Source: a bacterium (lineage in GTDB: Bacteria > SAR324 > NAC60-12). From it: a stretch of 64,000 nt of DNA. The stretch is taken from positions 1,696,001-1,760,000 of the forward strand of contig OZ242383.1 in NCBI GenBank assembly GCA_965209155.1, given 5' to 3'. Positions 19,500 to 29,269 of this stretch are shown here, one piece after another. Position 1 is the first letter of the stretch, and each line of letters starts with the position of its first letter. A program made the position numbers and the translations under genes. The notes under the pieces were generated by a model. That model searched no databases and was not told the DNA's origin. It was given only the letters and a program-made list of their open reading frames with translations.

Positions 19500-20585
19500 A
19501 TGACGATACCGACAATTCACGTTGGCTGCGGCGGGTATGCTCTCGGGCGACTTCATGCCTTGGTAAACTGCAAAGGTTTGGAACCGGTTGCTGGCGTGGA
19601 TATCAAACTTGAGGAAGCTCGCAAAAATGTGGCAAATATGGATGGCGATATCTTCCCAGGGCTCGCTGATCGCATCTACACCACAATAACAGAAGCGCGG
19701 GAGAAGCACCACGCTGAGGCATGCCTCATCTTCACCACGACACCATCTCACGCAAAACTCACTATCGAAAGCCTGAATCTTGGAATGCACACCCTGTGCG
19801 TCAAGCCGATTGCCTTCAATCAGGTTGAGTTCGGGCAAGTCATGTCCACCCGTAGAGCGAATCCCAACGTGATGCTCGTGCAGGGACAAAACAAACGCTG
19901 GAATCCCGCGGCTGCCAAGATGCGTGAGTGGCTTGGCGAGGAGGGTATCGGCGAAATGCTAGGCGGAGAGTGCCGGCTTTGGGTTCGCATGAGGGATTTT
20001 ACACCGGCTGACGATGAGATATTTTTTCACTTTTGTGCGGGCCACCAGCTCGACCAGCTTGTGGCCGCAAAAGGTCTGCCGAAGTATTTGACAGCATACA
20101 TTCAGCCGAATAAAGAACAAACCGGCGTATCGGGCCCCTCCGGTGGTCAAGTACTCATGGAATATGCCAACGGAGCCCCTTTCTGCTACACGGCTACTCG
20201 GGCAGGTCACACAAACGGCGAATGGAGGATATATGGTTGGTCCGGAGAATGGACCATTCATGGAGAAAAGGGAGATATCTCCCGGACGGCAGGTTATCCG
20301 GAGCCGGGACACCTGCGGCTTTTCCGCCGGGGTGAATGTGTTGAAGACCTTCATCTCCAAGATCTCCATCCTCCACCTAAGGGGGTGGATTATCGCCATT
20401 GGGAAGAAGATGATCGCCTTCAATTCGACGCCTTTGCGGAGGCCATTTCTACAGGCAAGGACCGGGATTGGCTCCAGGAAACAACCTTGAACACCTGGGT
20501 GCTAACGGAAGCATGCCACGTATCTGTAAGGACGCGCGAACGGGTAGATGTTGAAGCATTTCGCGCAAAAGTGATAGGAGAATAA
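19500..20585 (+). CDS. Gfo/Idh/MocA family oxidoreductase
   Basis: HVGCGG Rossmann start, TTTPSHA, LCVKPIA, VQGQNKRWNP, HQLD. Confidence 0.8.
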   Translation: MTIPTIHVGCGGYALGRLHALVNCKGLEPVAGVDIKLEEARKNVANMDGDIFPGLADRIYTTITEAREKHHAEACLIFTTTPSHAKLTIESLNLGMHTLCVKPIAFNQVEFGQVMSTRRANPNVMLVQGQNKRWNPAAAKMREWLGEEGIGEMLGGECRLWVRMRDFTPADDEIFFHFCAGHQLDQLVAAKGLPKYLTAYIQPNKEQTGVSGPSGGQVLMEYANGAPFCYTATRAGHTNGEWRIYGWSGEWTIHGEKGDISRTAGYPEPGHLRLFRRGECVEDLHLQDLHPPPKGVDYRHWEEDDRLQFDAFAEAISTGKDRDWLQETTLNTWVLTEACHVSVRTRERVDVEAFRAKVIGE

Positions 20586-20586
20586 T

Positions 20587-20964
20587 ATGAAGTTAATTAC
20601 AGCAACAGAAGTTCCCAAACCAATGCATAATGAAGCAAGTGGAGCAGTAATCTACACGATGATAGGAAAGCACTATGATGAAGCAGGGGTCGCAAACAAT
20701 CATATGGTTCACCTGCATGTTTTACCGAAATGCGGGTGGAGCAGGCCGCACTATCACAAAGTCACTGAGGAATCCTATTACATCATTTCTGGCCAAGCGC
20801 GTATGATTGTGGACGGAAAAGAAATTACAGTCTCAGCTGGTCAGGCTATCCTTCTAATGCCCAATGAAGTTCATCAATACTGTAACGATCAGGATACTGA
20901 CCTTGAATTCCTTGTGATAAGTTCTCCTCCCGCGTCAGCTGATGACCATCATTATGATGTCTAG
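20587..20964 (+). CDS. Cupin domain protein
   Basis: PHYHKVTEESYYIISG ... PNEVHQ cupin metal motifs. Confidence 0.88.
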   Translation: MKLITATEVPKPMHNEASGAVIYTMIGKHYDEAGVANNHMVHLHVLPKCGWSRPHYHKVTEESYYIISGQARMIVDGKEITVSAGQAILLMPNEVHQYCNDQDTDLEFLVISSPPASADDHHYDV

Positions 20965-20993
20965 TATGATGTGATCATTGATGAAAGGATAAT

Positions 20994-21365
20994 ATGAAAT
21001 TAATTACAGCAACAGAAAATCCTAATCCACTTATATTGGATAATGGAACAATCATATACGAAATGATAGGAAAGAATTATGCCCCGATAGTAGAATTAGA
21101 CGACTATAGCGTTGGCTTAATTGTAGTTCCGAAATGCGATTGGAACAAACCGCATTATCACAAAATCGTTTCAGAAACCTATCACGTCACTTCTGGTCAG
21201 CTGCAGGTGGATGTGGATAGAAAAGTAACAACAGTCTCAGCCGGTCAGGCAATCCTCCTGGAGCCCAATGAAGTTCATAAATTCCGTAATGTTCAGGACA
21301 CAGTTTGTGAATTCCTTGTAATAAACTCTCCTCCCGCGACAGAAGATGACCATTTTTATGTCTGA
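20994..21365 (+). CDS. Cupin domain protein (tandem paralogue of previous)
   Basis: PHYHKIVSETYHVTSG ... PNEVHK; shares MKLITATE, VSAGQAILL, SPPA..DDH. Confidence 0.88.
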   Translation: MKLITATENPNPLILDNGTIIYEMIGKNYAPIVELDDYSVGLIVVPKCDWNKPHYHKIVSETYHVTSGQLQVDVDRKVTTVSAGQAILLEPNEVHKFRNVQDTVCEFLVINSPPATEDDHFYV

Positions 21366-21497
21366 GTCCAGCGACGAAAATTCTTCGGAGTCATTTGCTT
21401 GATTCCCTGGGGATTTTGGCGATTCTACCGCAAAAGATTTATGTCGCTGTACTGAGTATTATGGGATCATTGTGACTACCACAGAAAGGGTCAACAC

Positions 21498-22370
21498 ATG
21501 GGAAAAAGATTTAAAAGAAAAGAAATTCTGGAGCGGCTCCAAGCCCATATCGATACAGGCCAGACCATTCTGGGGGCCGGTTGCAGTGCGGGCATCATCG
21601 CCAAATGTGCGGAGCTCGGCGGGGCAGATCTGATCATCTGTTACAGCACCGGCATTTCAAGACTCAAAGGTCTGCAAACGGAGACAATCGGGCATTCCAA
21701 CCCCGTTACCCTGGGCATGTTTGATGAAATCCAAAATGTTGTCAAAGATACACCGATCATTGCCGGGATCATGGCCAATGATCAGACGGACTATGACTTG
21801 GATAGAATGATCCAGAAGTTCATTGACCAGGGGTTTGATGGGGTGATCAATTTTCCTACCCAGTCACAGATAGAAATGCAACTCCCTATAACTAAAGATC
21901 AAAATGATGCCAGGGGGAAAGCGTTTGGCCTACCCTGGGGGTTTGCCCGAGAAGTGGAAATGATTCGGAAACTCCGTGACCGAAACGTGTTTACCCTGTG
22001 TTATGTCTTCTCTCCACAACAGGCGGCAGACATGGTTAAGGCTGGGGTGGACGTGGTCTGTGCCCATGTTGGGGGAACGTCCGGGGGGCTGATTGGGTTC
22101 TTAGCCAACCCCTTGGAAGAATGTCTGGAGAATGCTCAAAAAATAATGGAAGGGGCATGGGCGGTGGATGCCAATGCCATCTGTCTGGCCCACGGCGGTC
22201 CTTTTGCTGAACCTCAAGATTTGCAGGCGTTGTATGAACAAACGGACGCCCAGGGTTTTGTCGGGGCCTCCAGCATCGAACGGATTCCGGTAGAAAAGGC
22301 GGTGATGGGTGCCGTGAAAGCGTTCAGGGACTATCAGTTTCGAGAAAGAAAAGAAGATGAAAACCATTAA
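21498..22370 (+). CDS. TIM-barrel signal transduction / PEP-hydrolase-like protein (Tm-1 C-terminal-like)
   Basis: AKCAELGGADLIICYS, VKDTPIIAG, GVINFPT, AHVGGTSGG, HGGP, GFVGASSIER+P.E. Confidence 0.85.
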   Translation: MGKRFKRKEILERLQAHIDTGQTILGAGCSAGIIAKCAELGGADLIICYSTGISRLKGLQTETIGHSNPVTLGMFDEIQNVVKDTPIIAGIMANDQTDYDLDRMIQKFIDQGFDGVINFPTQSQIEMQLPITKDQNDARGKAFGLPWGFAREVEMIRKLRDRNVFTLCYVFSPQQAADMVKAGVDVVCAHVGGTSGGLIGFLANPLEECLENAQKIMEGAWAVDANAICLAHGGPFAEPQDLQALYEQTDAQGFVGASSIERIPVEKAVMGAVKAFRDYQFRERKEDENH

Positions 22371-23583
22371 AACAGTCGTCTTGGCCGGAGCTTTGGATAC
22401 GAAAGGGCGAGAGTATGCCTTCGTTAAAAATCTCATTGAAAAGCAGGGCCTCCGTGCCCTTGTGGTGGATTTCGGCGTTATGGGAGAGCCTGGCCTGGAG
22501 CCGGATATTGGCCGAGCAGAAGTTGCCGGAGCCGGGGGCGGAGACATTGAGGAAATGCGCCTGGACCGGCGAAAGGATGCAGCCATGCAAACAATGGCTG
22601 ATGGTCTCCCGGTTATTGTCCGCCGTTTGTTCGATGAAGGGCAGTTGGACGGGATCCTGGCTATGGGCGGGGGCGGAGGCACCGCCATTGCTGCCAAAGC
22701 GATGCGGGCCTTGCCGTTGGGTGTGCCCAAGGTGCTGGTCACCACCGTAGGCAACGGGGATGTGCGGGGGATTGTGGGCACCAAGGATATCACCCTCATT
22801 CAAGCGATTGTTGACATCGCTGGGATCAATCGCATCAGCGGCAGCATCTATACGCAGGCCGCCGGAGCAATGGCCGGCATGTTGGCTTTAGAGCCTCCTG
22901 AAATTGAAAACGAACGCCCCTTGATCACTGCATCCATGTTTGGGAATACCACAGCCTGTGTGGACCATGCCCGGGGCATCCTGGAGGACAAGGGCTATGA
23001 GGTCTTAGTCTTCCATGCCACCGGCAGCGGCGGCCGGATGATGGAAAGCATGATCGAGGAGGGTCTTATCGCGGGCTGCCTGGACGTGACCACCACCGAA
23101 CTGGCCGACGAAGTTTGTGGTGGTAAAATGAGTGCCGGACCAGATCGATGTCTGGCCGCCTCTCGGGCTGGGATCCCCACGGTCCTTGTCCCCGGTTGTG
23201 TGGACATGGCCAATTTCGGAGCCTTTGATACGGTTCCAGGACCGTATCAAAACCGTAATCTCTACAAGTGGAATAACGGCACATTGCTAAGAACCAATGT
23301 AGCGGAAAACCGTCGTATCGGCCACATGCTTGCCGCCGCCGCTAACGCCACCAAGGGCCCGGTTTCCATTGTGATTCCACTCATGGGTGTTTCGATGCTG
23401 GATAGCATCGGTGGAGATTTTTGGGACCCGGAGGCCGATCAGGCCTGTTTCGATGCAATCAAGGAATCGCTCAAACCGGGCATCCCGATCATCGAGCTGG
23501 ACAACAACATCAACGATCCGGAATTCGCCGATAAGGTGGCTGAAATACTGCTGGACCTGTTGAGACGACCGGCTTGCCTTTGA
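22357..23583 (+). CDS. Tm-1-like ATP-binding domain protein (UPF0261)
   Basis: LDTKGRE, GGGGGT, LPLGVPK, DIAGINRIS, SMFGNTTACV, FHATGSGGR, DVTTTELAD, PGCVDMANFG, INDPEFA. Confidence 0.9.
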   Translation: MKTIKTVVLAGALDTKGREYAFVKNLIEKQGLRALVVDFGVMGEPGLEPDIGRAEVAGAGGGDIEEMRLDRRKDAAMQTMADGLPVIVRRLFDEGQLDGILAMGGGGGTAIAAKAMRALPLGVPKVLVTTVGNGDVRGIVGTKDITLIQAIVDIAGINRISGSIYTQAAGAMAGMLALEPPEIENERPLITASMFGNTTACVDHARGILEDKGYEVLVFHATGSGGRMMESMIEEGLIAGCLDVTTTELADEVCGGKMSAGPDRCLAASRAGIPTVLVPGCVDMANFGAFDTVPGPYQNRNLYKWNNGTLLRTNVAENRRIGHMLAAAANATKGPVSIVIPLMGVSMLDSIGGDFWDPEADQACFDAIKESLKPGIPIIELDNNINDPEFADKVAEILLDLLRRPACL

Positions 23584-23599
23584 TCCCAGCGATACCACG

Positions 23600-23678
23600 A
23601 TCAGCTTTCAGCTATCAAGGAGTGCGCTCGAGGGTTAGCCAGGATTTTCTAAAAACTGATAGCTGACAACTGATAGCT
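23600..23678. repeat. Hairpin built from 7-bp CTGATAG/CTGACAA-type units
   Basis: ATCAGCTTTCAGCTATCA ... CTGATAGCTGACAACTGATAGCT; 16-mer CTGACAACTGATAGCT shared with 52546-52561. Confidence 0.6.
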
Positions 23679-23893
23679 CCTGAGTGCATCAAAACGCGAG
23701 AAAAAAAAGACCCTGGAACGTCAGCCCGGTGGAATCCATAAAGAACCAAAATTAATAAGGAGTGAGTGATGTTTTTTAAAAAGCTTTGCAGCCTTTTTGT
23801 GAGGCTGAACGTGGCAGGCGTCGTGTCTGCTGCGAAACTCCGATTCGCCCCAGGACGGGTGTCTCCTTCTTACCAAACTAAGAAGGAGACACC

Positions 23894-24760
23894 GTGAAAG
23901 CTGCGATACATAAGGACGGAAAAATTGAGATTCAGGATCTGCCCACCCCAACCCCGGGGGACGAAGAGGCGCGCATCCGCATCACCGCAGCAGGCGTTTG
24001 CCACTCCGACGTGCGCGGCGACTGCGAGTTCTGCCTGGGCGGAGAACCGCGTCACTGCTCCCAGGTCAAGGGCCTCAGTGGCACCTTCGCTGAGCAGTTC
24101 TGCGTGTGGGCCAAGGCGCTCGTAAAACTGCCGGACACGGTGGGTGATGAAGAAGCAGGACTCTCCTGTGGCGGCCTCACGGCGTATAGCGCCGTCAAGA
24201 AACTCTTCAAGCACCACATCCAACCGGGGCGCCAGGTGGCGATCGTGGGTGCCGCCGGGGGCCTCGGCCACTACGCCGTCCAGGTCGCAACGACCTTCGG
24301 CTACAAGGTGGTGGGCATCGACATCGGCGAGGAGCGGCTGAAGTTCGTCGAGTCGCTCGGCGCCAAGCTGGCCGTCAGTGCGGACGAGGCCGTTGAAGCC
24401 GTTCAGCAGTTCGGTGGGGTGGACGCCGCGATCGTGTTCTCGGCCTCCATAGCCGGGTTCAAGCTCGGTTTAAAGGTGTTGCGACCCAGCGGCCTGTTCG
24501 TGGCGTGTGGTATTCCCCCCACGAGCGAAGGCCACTTCGGACTGGACCCCTTCTTGTGGAACCAGAAAGGCGCGACCCTGACCGCCTCGGTCGTCGGCAA
24601 CGTGCAGGAGATGCGCGAGCTCGTCGACATGGTGGCGGCCGGAGACGTCAAGAGCCACATCGGCCGCCGCGGTCCGCTCTCGGACCTGGATGCCATCTTG
24701 GATGAGCTCGAAGAAGGCAAGTACCTGGGCCGCGCCGTCATCACCGACCTCGGCAGCTAG
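23894..24760 (+). pseudogene. Zn-dependent alcohol dehydrogenase with in-frame internal deletion
   Basis: GVCHSD runs straight into VRGDCEFC..C with no GHE motif; GAAGGLGH Rossmann intact; only 288 aa; visibly GC-richer than neighbours. Confidence 0.75.
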
Positions 24761-24976
24761 GAACTGCATGAATGACAACTACTTCAAAGTACACCCAATC
24801 GTTAACTCTTGGTTTTGTTAGATAAAAAGAGTATCATTAAATAGAAGAGGTCAGTCAACTTCCCGACCGAAGAAGATCAAAGAACCGTGGTTTCTTTCCT
24901 CAACGCTTTTATCAAACGTCGTAAGTTTGAAACAATGATGCAACGTTAATTTATCAGACAGAAGGAGACTCAACTA

Positions 24977-25219
24977 ATGCTTACTCACTATATTCGTGCC
25001 GCTTTAAATCAAGCGACTTATGAAATTTTACCCGATGATGGCACTTTTTATGGAGAAATTCCGGTTTGCCAGGGAGTCTATGCCAATGCCAAAACTCTGG
25101 AAGCCTGCAGAGATGAGTTAGAAGAAGTCCTGGAAGAATGGATTTTATTTCGAGTCCACAAAAACCTTTCCCTCCCTGTGATTGATACTCTTTCCTTGAA
25201 AATCCAAGAGGTGGCCTGA
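24977..25219 (+). CDS. hicB: HicB-like antitoxin (short form)
   Basis: YEILPDDGTFYGEIP..QGVYANAKTLEACR.EL.EVLEEWI. Confidence 0.88.
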   Translation: MLTHYIRAALNQATYEILPDDGTFYGEIPVCQGVYANAKTLEACRDELEEVLEEWILFRVHKNLSLPVIDTLSLKIQEVA

Positions 25220-25437
25220 TGCCTCGGTTAGGTTCCATTAAACGCAAAGATCTGATTCGTTTTCTCAGAAAAGCTGGCTTTGAAGGACTTTATTCTGGAA
25301 GAAATCATCAGTTCATGATGAAGGGGGATCTTTCTTTAAGAATTCCCAATCCTCATCAAAGTGATATTAGCAAAGGGTTGTTGGTTCGCATCCTCAAACA
25401 AGCAGAAATCGAGAAAGAAGAGTGGGAAGCTTTATAA
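25219..25437 (+). CDS. hicA: HicA family toxin
   Basis: LRKAGFEG.YSGRNHQFM..G...IPNPH..DI..GLL.RILKQA; coupled to hicB. Confidence 0.88.
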   Translation: MPRLGSIKRKDLIRFLRKAGFEGLYSGRNHQFMMKGDLSLRIPNPHQSDISKGLLVRILKQAEIEKEEWEAL

Positions 25438-25542
25438 CGAAAAAGTGCCTTGTCCTGATATGGGTTTACATATTAGTGAAATCTCAAGTAGAGGACAAGA
25501 TGGAACAATTTGAAACCATTGGCTGAAAGGAAAAAACACATT

Positions 25543-26167
25543 GCTTCAAAACGTATCTCTTTTCTGCTGAATCATTTTCATCCGAAACATTCACCTGAAT
25601 TCTATGGTCTCCTTGGATTTATATATTGCGCGTATATGCAGGATTTTGAGTTTGCTTATGAACTCGGTCGTTTGGGCATACAGCTCATGGAAGCGCTGGA
25701 TCTGAAGGAAATAAACTGTAGAGTTTCCGGGGGTTTCAATGGTGTGACCCGATTCTGCCGGGAGCCGCTATCGGCGTCATTGGATCCCTTGCTGGAAGCT
25801 CATAAGATGGGAATCGAGACGAAAGAACCTCACAATCACTGCCGCTGTCATGGAAGCTCTGACCTCCTATGATTGGCCGGGAAACGTCAGGGAATTGATC
25901 AACACCATGCATCACTACCTGACGCTCCAGAAACTCGATTTCCTCGATTCCTCCATCGATGACAGCCAAACAGAACCACCGGTCTCGGTTGAGGCGCGTG
26001 AAACCAATGAATCCTTGGATGCCACTGTGAAGCGATTCGAAAAACTGTATTTGACCAGGGTGCTGGACGATAATGACTGGCACCAGGGCAAAGTTTCAGC
26101 CCTCCTGGGGGTTGATCGTAAAACATTGTATCGAAAAATAATCCAATACCATCTCAAACCTTCATAA
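25543..26167 (+). pseudogene. Collapsed remnant of a paralogue of the 9504-15839 regulator
   Basis: 25543-25821 aligns to 12822-13100 and is joined directly to the equivalent of ~15479 onward (YDWPGNVREL ... LGVDRKTLY HTH). Confidence 0.85.
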
Positions 26168-26249
26168 AGAGAAGATGGTTTTGATGGGCCCCTTAGAACG
26201 CGAAGTGGTGACGCCGAGTGAAAGCCGTCTCGGGGAATCCCAATGGAGG

Positions 26250-27275
26250 TTATGAAGATCGCTTCGGGAAACCATCAAAAACCTCCTCAAGACTAGAAGC
26301 ATCAAGGATTCGTTCTGCTAACGATTCTAATTCGGAGACTGGCAAGCCTGCAAGTATCCTTTGGTGTGATTCGGTGAGCGGGCCAAATTTTTTCTCCAGA
26401 AGTTTGACAACGAGTTGTAGGGCTTCTTGTTTGACACCTTGTTTGACACCTTGTTTGACACCTTGTTGGACACCTTGCTGGACACCTTGCTGAAGGCCTT
26501 CTTGTCTTAATTGTTCGGCAATGGTCATGATTACCTCTTGTGCTTTTTCAGAAACAAATTGTTCTTGGATTTGAGGAATCACACTGGCTTTCTCTAAATG
26601 AGGACTCCCTTGGAATAAATAATATAGCACAGTTTCCAGAGATTCCAATCCTGTTTCTTTTTGAGCGAACTCGTTGAGTAAAGGCAAAATGGTTTCGATC
26701 AGGTATTCCTGGAGATCCGGAGCATCGATATGCTTCATGAGCAAAAGTGCCACTCTCAATAACAGTTGACCTTTGATTTCCTCATCAGACAATTTAGATA
26801 AATCCATCAGGCTATAGGTAAAATTGGGAACGTAGGGTTTTAAGGCATGAGGAACTTCAAGAAATTCATGAAAGCTCAAGCTCACCTTCCATGACGTTGC
26901 TCCCTGGTAGAGCACCATCGGGAAGATCAACGGGATCGGTTCTTGGGGATACTGTTTTTTATGCTGTTCCCAGATATTGACCATGTAGACTAAAAGACGA
27001 AAAGGCATATCAGGATGAGGACGCCGTTGGTGTTCTAAATGCAGATAGAAATAGCCCTTGAAACCGGAGAAGCGGGTTTCATAGAGCAAATCGCTGCGTC
27101 GATTACGCAATGCTTTTTGTACAAAATCCCCAGGGGCCAAATGCATGATGGACCAATCCATTGATTCTTTGACATTGACTGGAAGATATTCTTCAAAAAA
27201 GGAGCGCGCGGTTTGAAGATTACTGAACTGCTGGAGAAAGAAATTGTTATGAATCGGGGCTTTCGTTTTGGCCAT
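26250..27275 (-). CDS. Rpn (YhgA-like) recombination-promoting nuclease / putative transposase
   Basis: H..FF..FS, RSDLLY, YLHLEHQ (PD-(D/E)XK), MPFRLL.Y, P+VLYQG, MTIAEQL, (Q/K)QGV repeats; AGGAG RBS before ATG 27275. Confidence 0.92.
   Translation of the reverse strand: MAKTKAPIHNNFFLQQFSNLQTARSFFEEYLPVNVKESMDWSIMHLAPGDFVQKALRNRRSDLLYETRFSGFKGYFYLHLEHQRRPHPDMPFRLLVYMVNIWEQHKKQYPQEPIPLIFPMVLYQGATSWKVSLSFHEFLEVPHALKPYVPNFTYSLMDLSKLSDEEIKGQLLLRVALLLMKHIDAPDLQEYLIETILPLLNEFAQKETGLESLETVLYYLFQGSPHLEKASVIPQIQEQFVSEKAQEVIMTIAEQLRQEGLQQGVQQGVQQGVKQGVKQGVKQEALQLVVKLLEKKFGPLTESHQRILAGLPVSELESLAERILDASSLEEVFDGFPKRSS
26428..26491. repeat. 12-bp tandem repeat encoding (Q/K)QGV inside Rpn
   Basis: (TTGTTTGACACC)n with variants, about 5 units. 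Confidence 0.9.
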
Positions 27276-27612
27276 GAGCGGACTCCTCTGGCGGTTGCGA
27301 TCCTCCTTATAGGACCAAAGCCGACCCTTTGTCAACCTTGGTTCGCCACAAAGCAAAATCTTGTGTTTTTCAAAGTATCCAAATGCTGTTCAAATGAATT
27401 CCTCATCTCAAGGGAAATGAGAACGTTTCCATCGAGCACGAGCACGATGACGAACCCGTGCACGTTTCTGCAAAAGCCGATTGTCTCTAACCCCACCCAA
27501 TGGACATGATTTCATTCAGATAAAATCGAATAGGGAATTACTGCCCCAATCTAGGATTAGTGTTTAATATCAATGAATTACTACCGAAAATCCATCATTT
27601 TTTGCGTTTAAG

Positions 27613-28228
27613 TGCCGGGGTCATTCTTGTCGGCAAGATGCGCGACACCACCGAGGACGACTGGTGCTTCGTCCTGTCAGTGAATCTCGACGGGGTCTTT
27701 CGGGTGGGGCAGTGCTTCGCCCGGCTCCTGCGTGAGCAGAACCGAGGGGGACACATCGTGAACACAGTCTCGGTCGGGGGCTTCCTGACCCACAGCACCT
27801 CCGTCGCCTATCACGTCAGCAAGTGCGGGGTCGTCGCCTACAGCGAAGCCTTGCGTACCGACCTGGAACCCGATGGCATTGGGGTCTCGACCCTGTGCCC
27901 CGGGGAAGTCGTCACCAACCTGGCAGACTGTGATCGACTGCGCGACCCCAAAGATCAGGTAGGCTTACACTCCGAAGCCGTGAGGGAATGGGATCGCGAT
28001 GGATTGCAACCGGAAGAGGTCGGCGCGATCGTCGTGTCGGGCATTCGTCACAACGCCGCCTACATCTATACCCACGACTTTAGCGAGCCTTTGGCCGACC
28101 GGCTCCAACAGGTGCTGAAGGACTTAAAGGACGGATTGCCCCTCGTAAAAGGTGCTTCCGGCTCATGGTACCAACGGGTGCTGAAGGGCTTCGAGTTTAG
28201 GGATTTGAAGCCGCCTCGGAAGAAGTGA
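27613..28228 (+). pseudogene. SDR oxidoreductase, N-terminally truncated
   Basis: VNLDGV, GHIVNTVS, YHVSK (YxxxK), LCPGEV; the TGxxxGIG Rossmann motif is missing. Confidence 0.7.
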
Positions 28229-28314
28229 TCGACTGAGTTGCCGATCCTGCCCGGCGGTGCGGTAAACCTATCAACCTGCTGGGGATCGATCGTCTCTTGG
28301 TGAATGCAGGGGAT

Positions 28315-28635
28315 CTATCTCCATTCTTTTGCTGTTTCTCCGTGGGGCAATGGTTGAATCATCCTATAGTCCTCCTTATCACTATGATAGGTATCCCATA
28401 GATCAATACTCATTTGCATGCCCAGCCAAAATTCAACGGTGGAATTAAATAGTAGGGATAAGCGAATCGCAGTATCTGGTGTGACACCACGTTTCCCGGA
28501 GATAATCTCATTCACCCGGACACGACTGATTTTCAAGGCATCAGCTAATTGTTGTTGTGTTAATCCTAAAGGCTCCATATATTCATATTTGATGATCTCT
28601 CCAGGGGGAGTAGGTCTTCGGTTTTTTGGTAACAT
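28315..28635 (-). CDS. higA: HigA family antitoxin
   Basis: PTPPGEII..EY+EPLGLTQ, KRGVTPDTAIRLS, FWLGMQ. Confidence 0.92.
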   Translation of the reverse strand: MLPKNRRPTPPGEIIKYEYMEPLGLTQQQLADALKISRVRVNEIISGKRGVTPDTAIRLSLLFNSTVEFWLGMQMSIDLWDTYHSDKEDYRMIQPLPHGETAKEWR

Positions 28636-28646
28636 AAATTCCTCTT

Positions 28647-28928
28647 TCAGTGGTATCGGGTAAGTTCTAGGTCAAAGACATCTCCTTCTTCAAATCGGAA
28701 ACATAAACGCCAAGGACCATTCACCGAGATAGTATATTGCCCTTTTCGGTCATCTGTTAAAGCATGAAGATGATTGCCAGGGGGAGATTGTAAATCCCTC
28801 AATTCTCTGGCCTGGTTCAGCATATCCAGTTTCCTGAAAACCTGGCCCCTCAACTGAGGTTTGATTCTCTTAGGCTTCCCGCTGTGAAAAAATTCTTCCA
28901 ACCATTCTTGGGCAAATGTTCTGATCAT
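28647..28928 (-). CDS. higB: HigB/RelE-like toxin
   Basis: RKLDMLN.A..L.DL.SPPGN.LH.L..DRKGQY+ISVNGPWRLCFRF...YH. Confidence 0.92.
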   Translation of the reverse strand: MIRTFAQEWLEEFFHSGKPKRIKPQLRGQVFRKLDMLNQARELRDLQSPPGNHLHALTDDRKGQYTISVNGPWRLCFRFEEGDVFDLELTRYH

Positions 28929-29269
28929 ATCTGTTTTGCCTGAATATTAAATAATATGTAATATAACATGTAACATATTGTATTGCAAATATTAAGAGAA
29001 GATCGAGGAGGGAATCCCGGTTTGTTTCAATTCATGTGTTTGGTTTTCCCCTCCCAAAAAAAGGGTCAAATCTTTTTTCGCATTATCCAAGGTTTAAATG
29101 TGACGGTACCCCCCAGAGAAGCTTAGGGAAAGCAAAGACCCGCTTGAACAAACGCCTCCTGAAAGAATCGTTCACTAGCGAGAATGCAAAGAAAGGGTTC
29201 AAATCTCAGAAGAAAGCGGCATGCTCGGCGGCTTTGATTTTGTCCACTTACAAAGAGAGAAACGCTGGA

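Noticed and set aside
24850..24950. Short frame EEDQRTVVSFLNAFIKRRKFETMMQR
   Set aside because: May be the tail of a decayed HTH regulator, but too short to support a call
12822..25821. Repeat pair 12822-13100 / 25543-25821 as DGR variable/template repeats
   Set aside because: Differences are not adenine-specific and no reverse transcriptase is present
26428..26491. Short tandem repeat as a CRISPR array
   Set aside because: 12-bp units with no spacers, coding within Rpn; no cas genes
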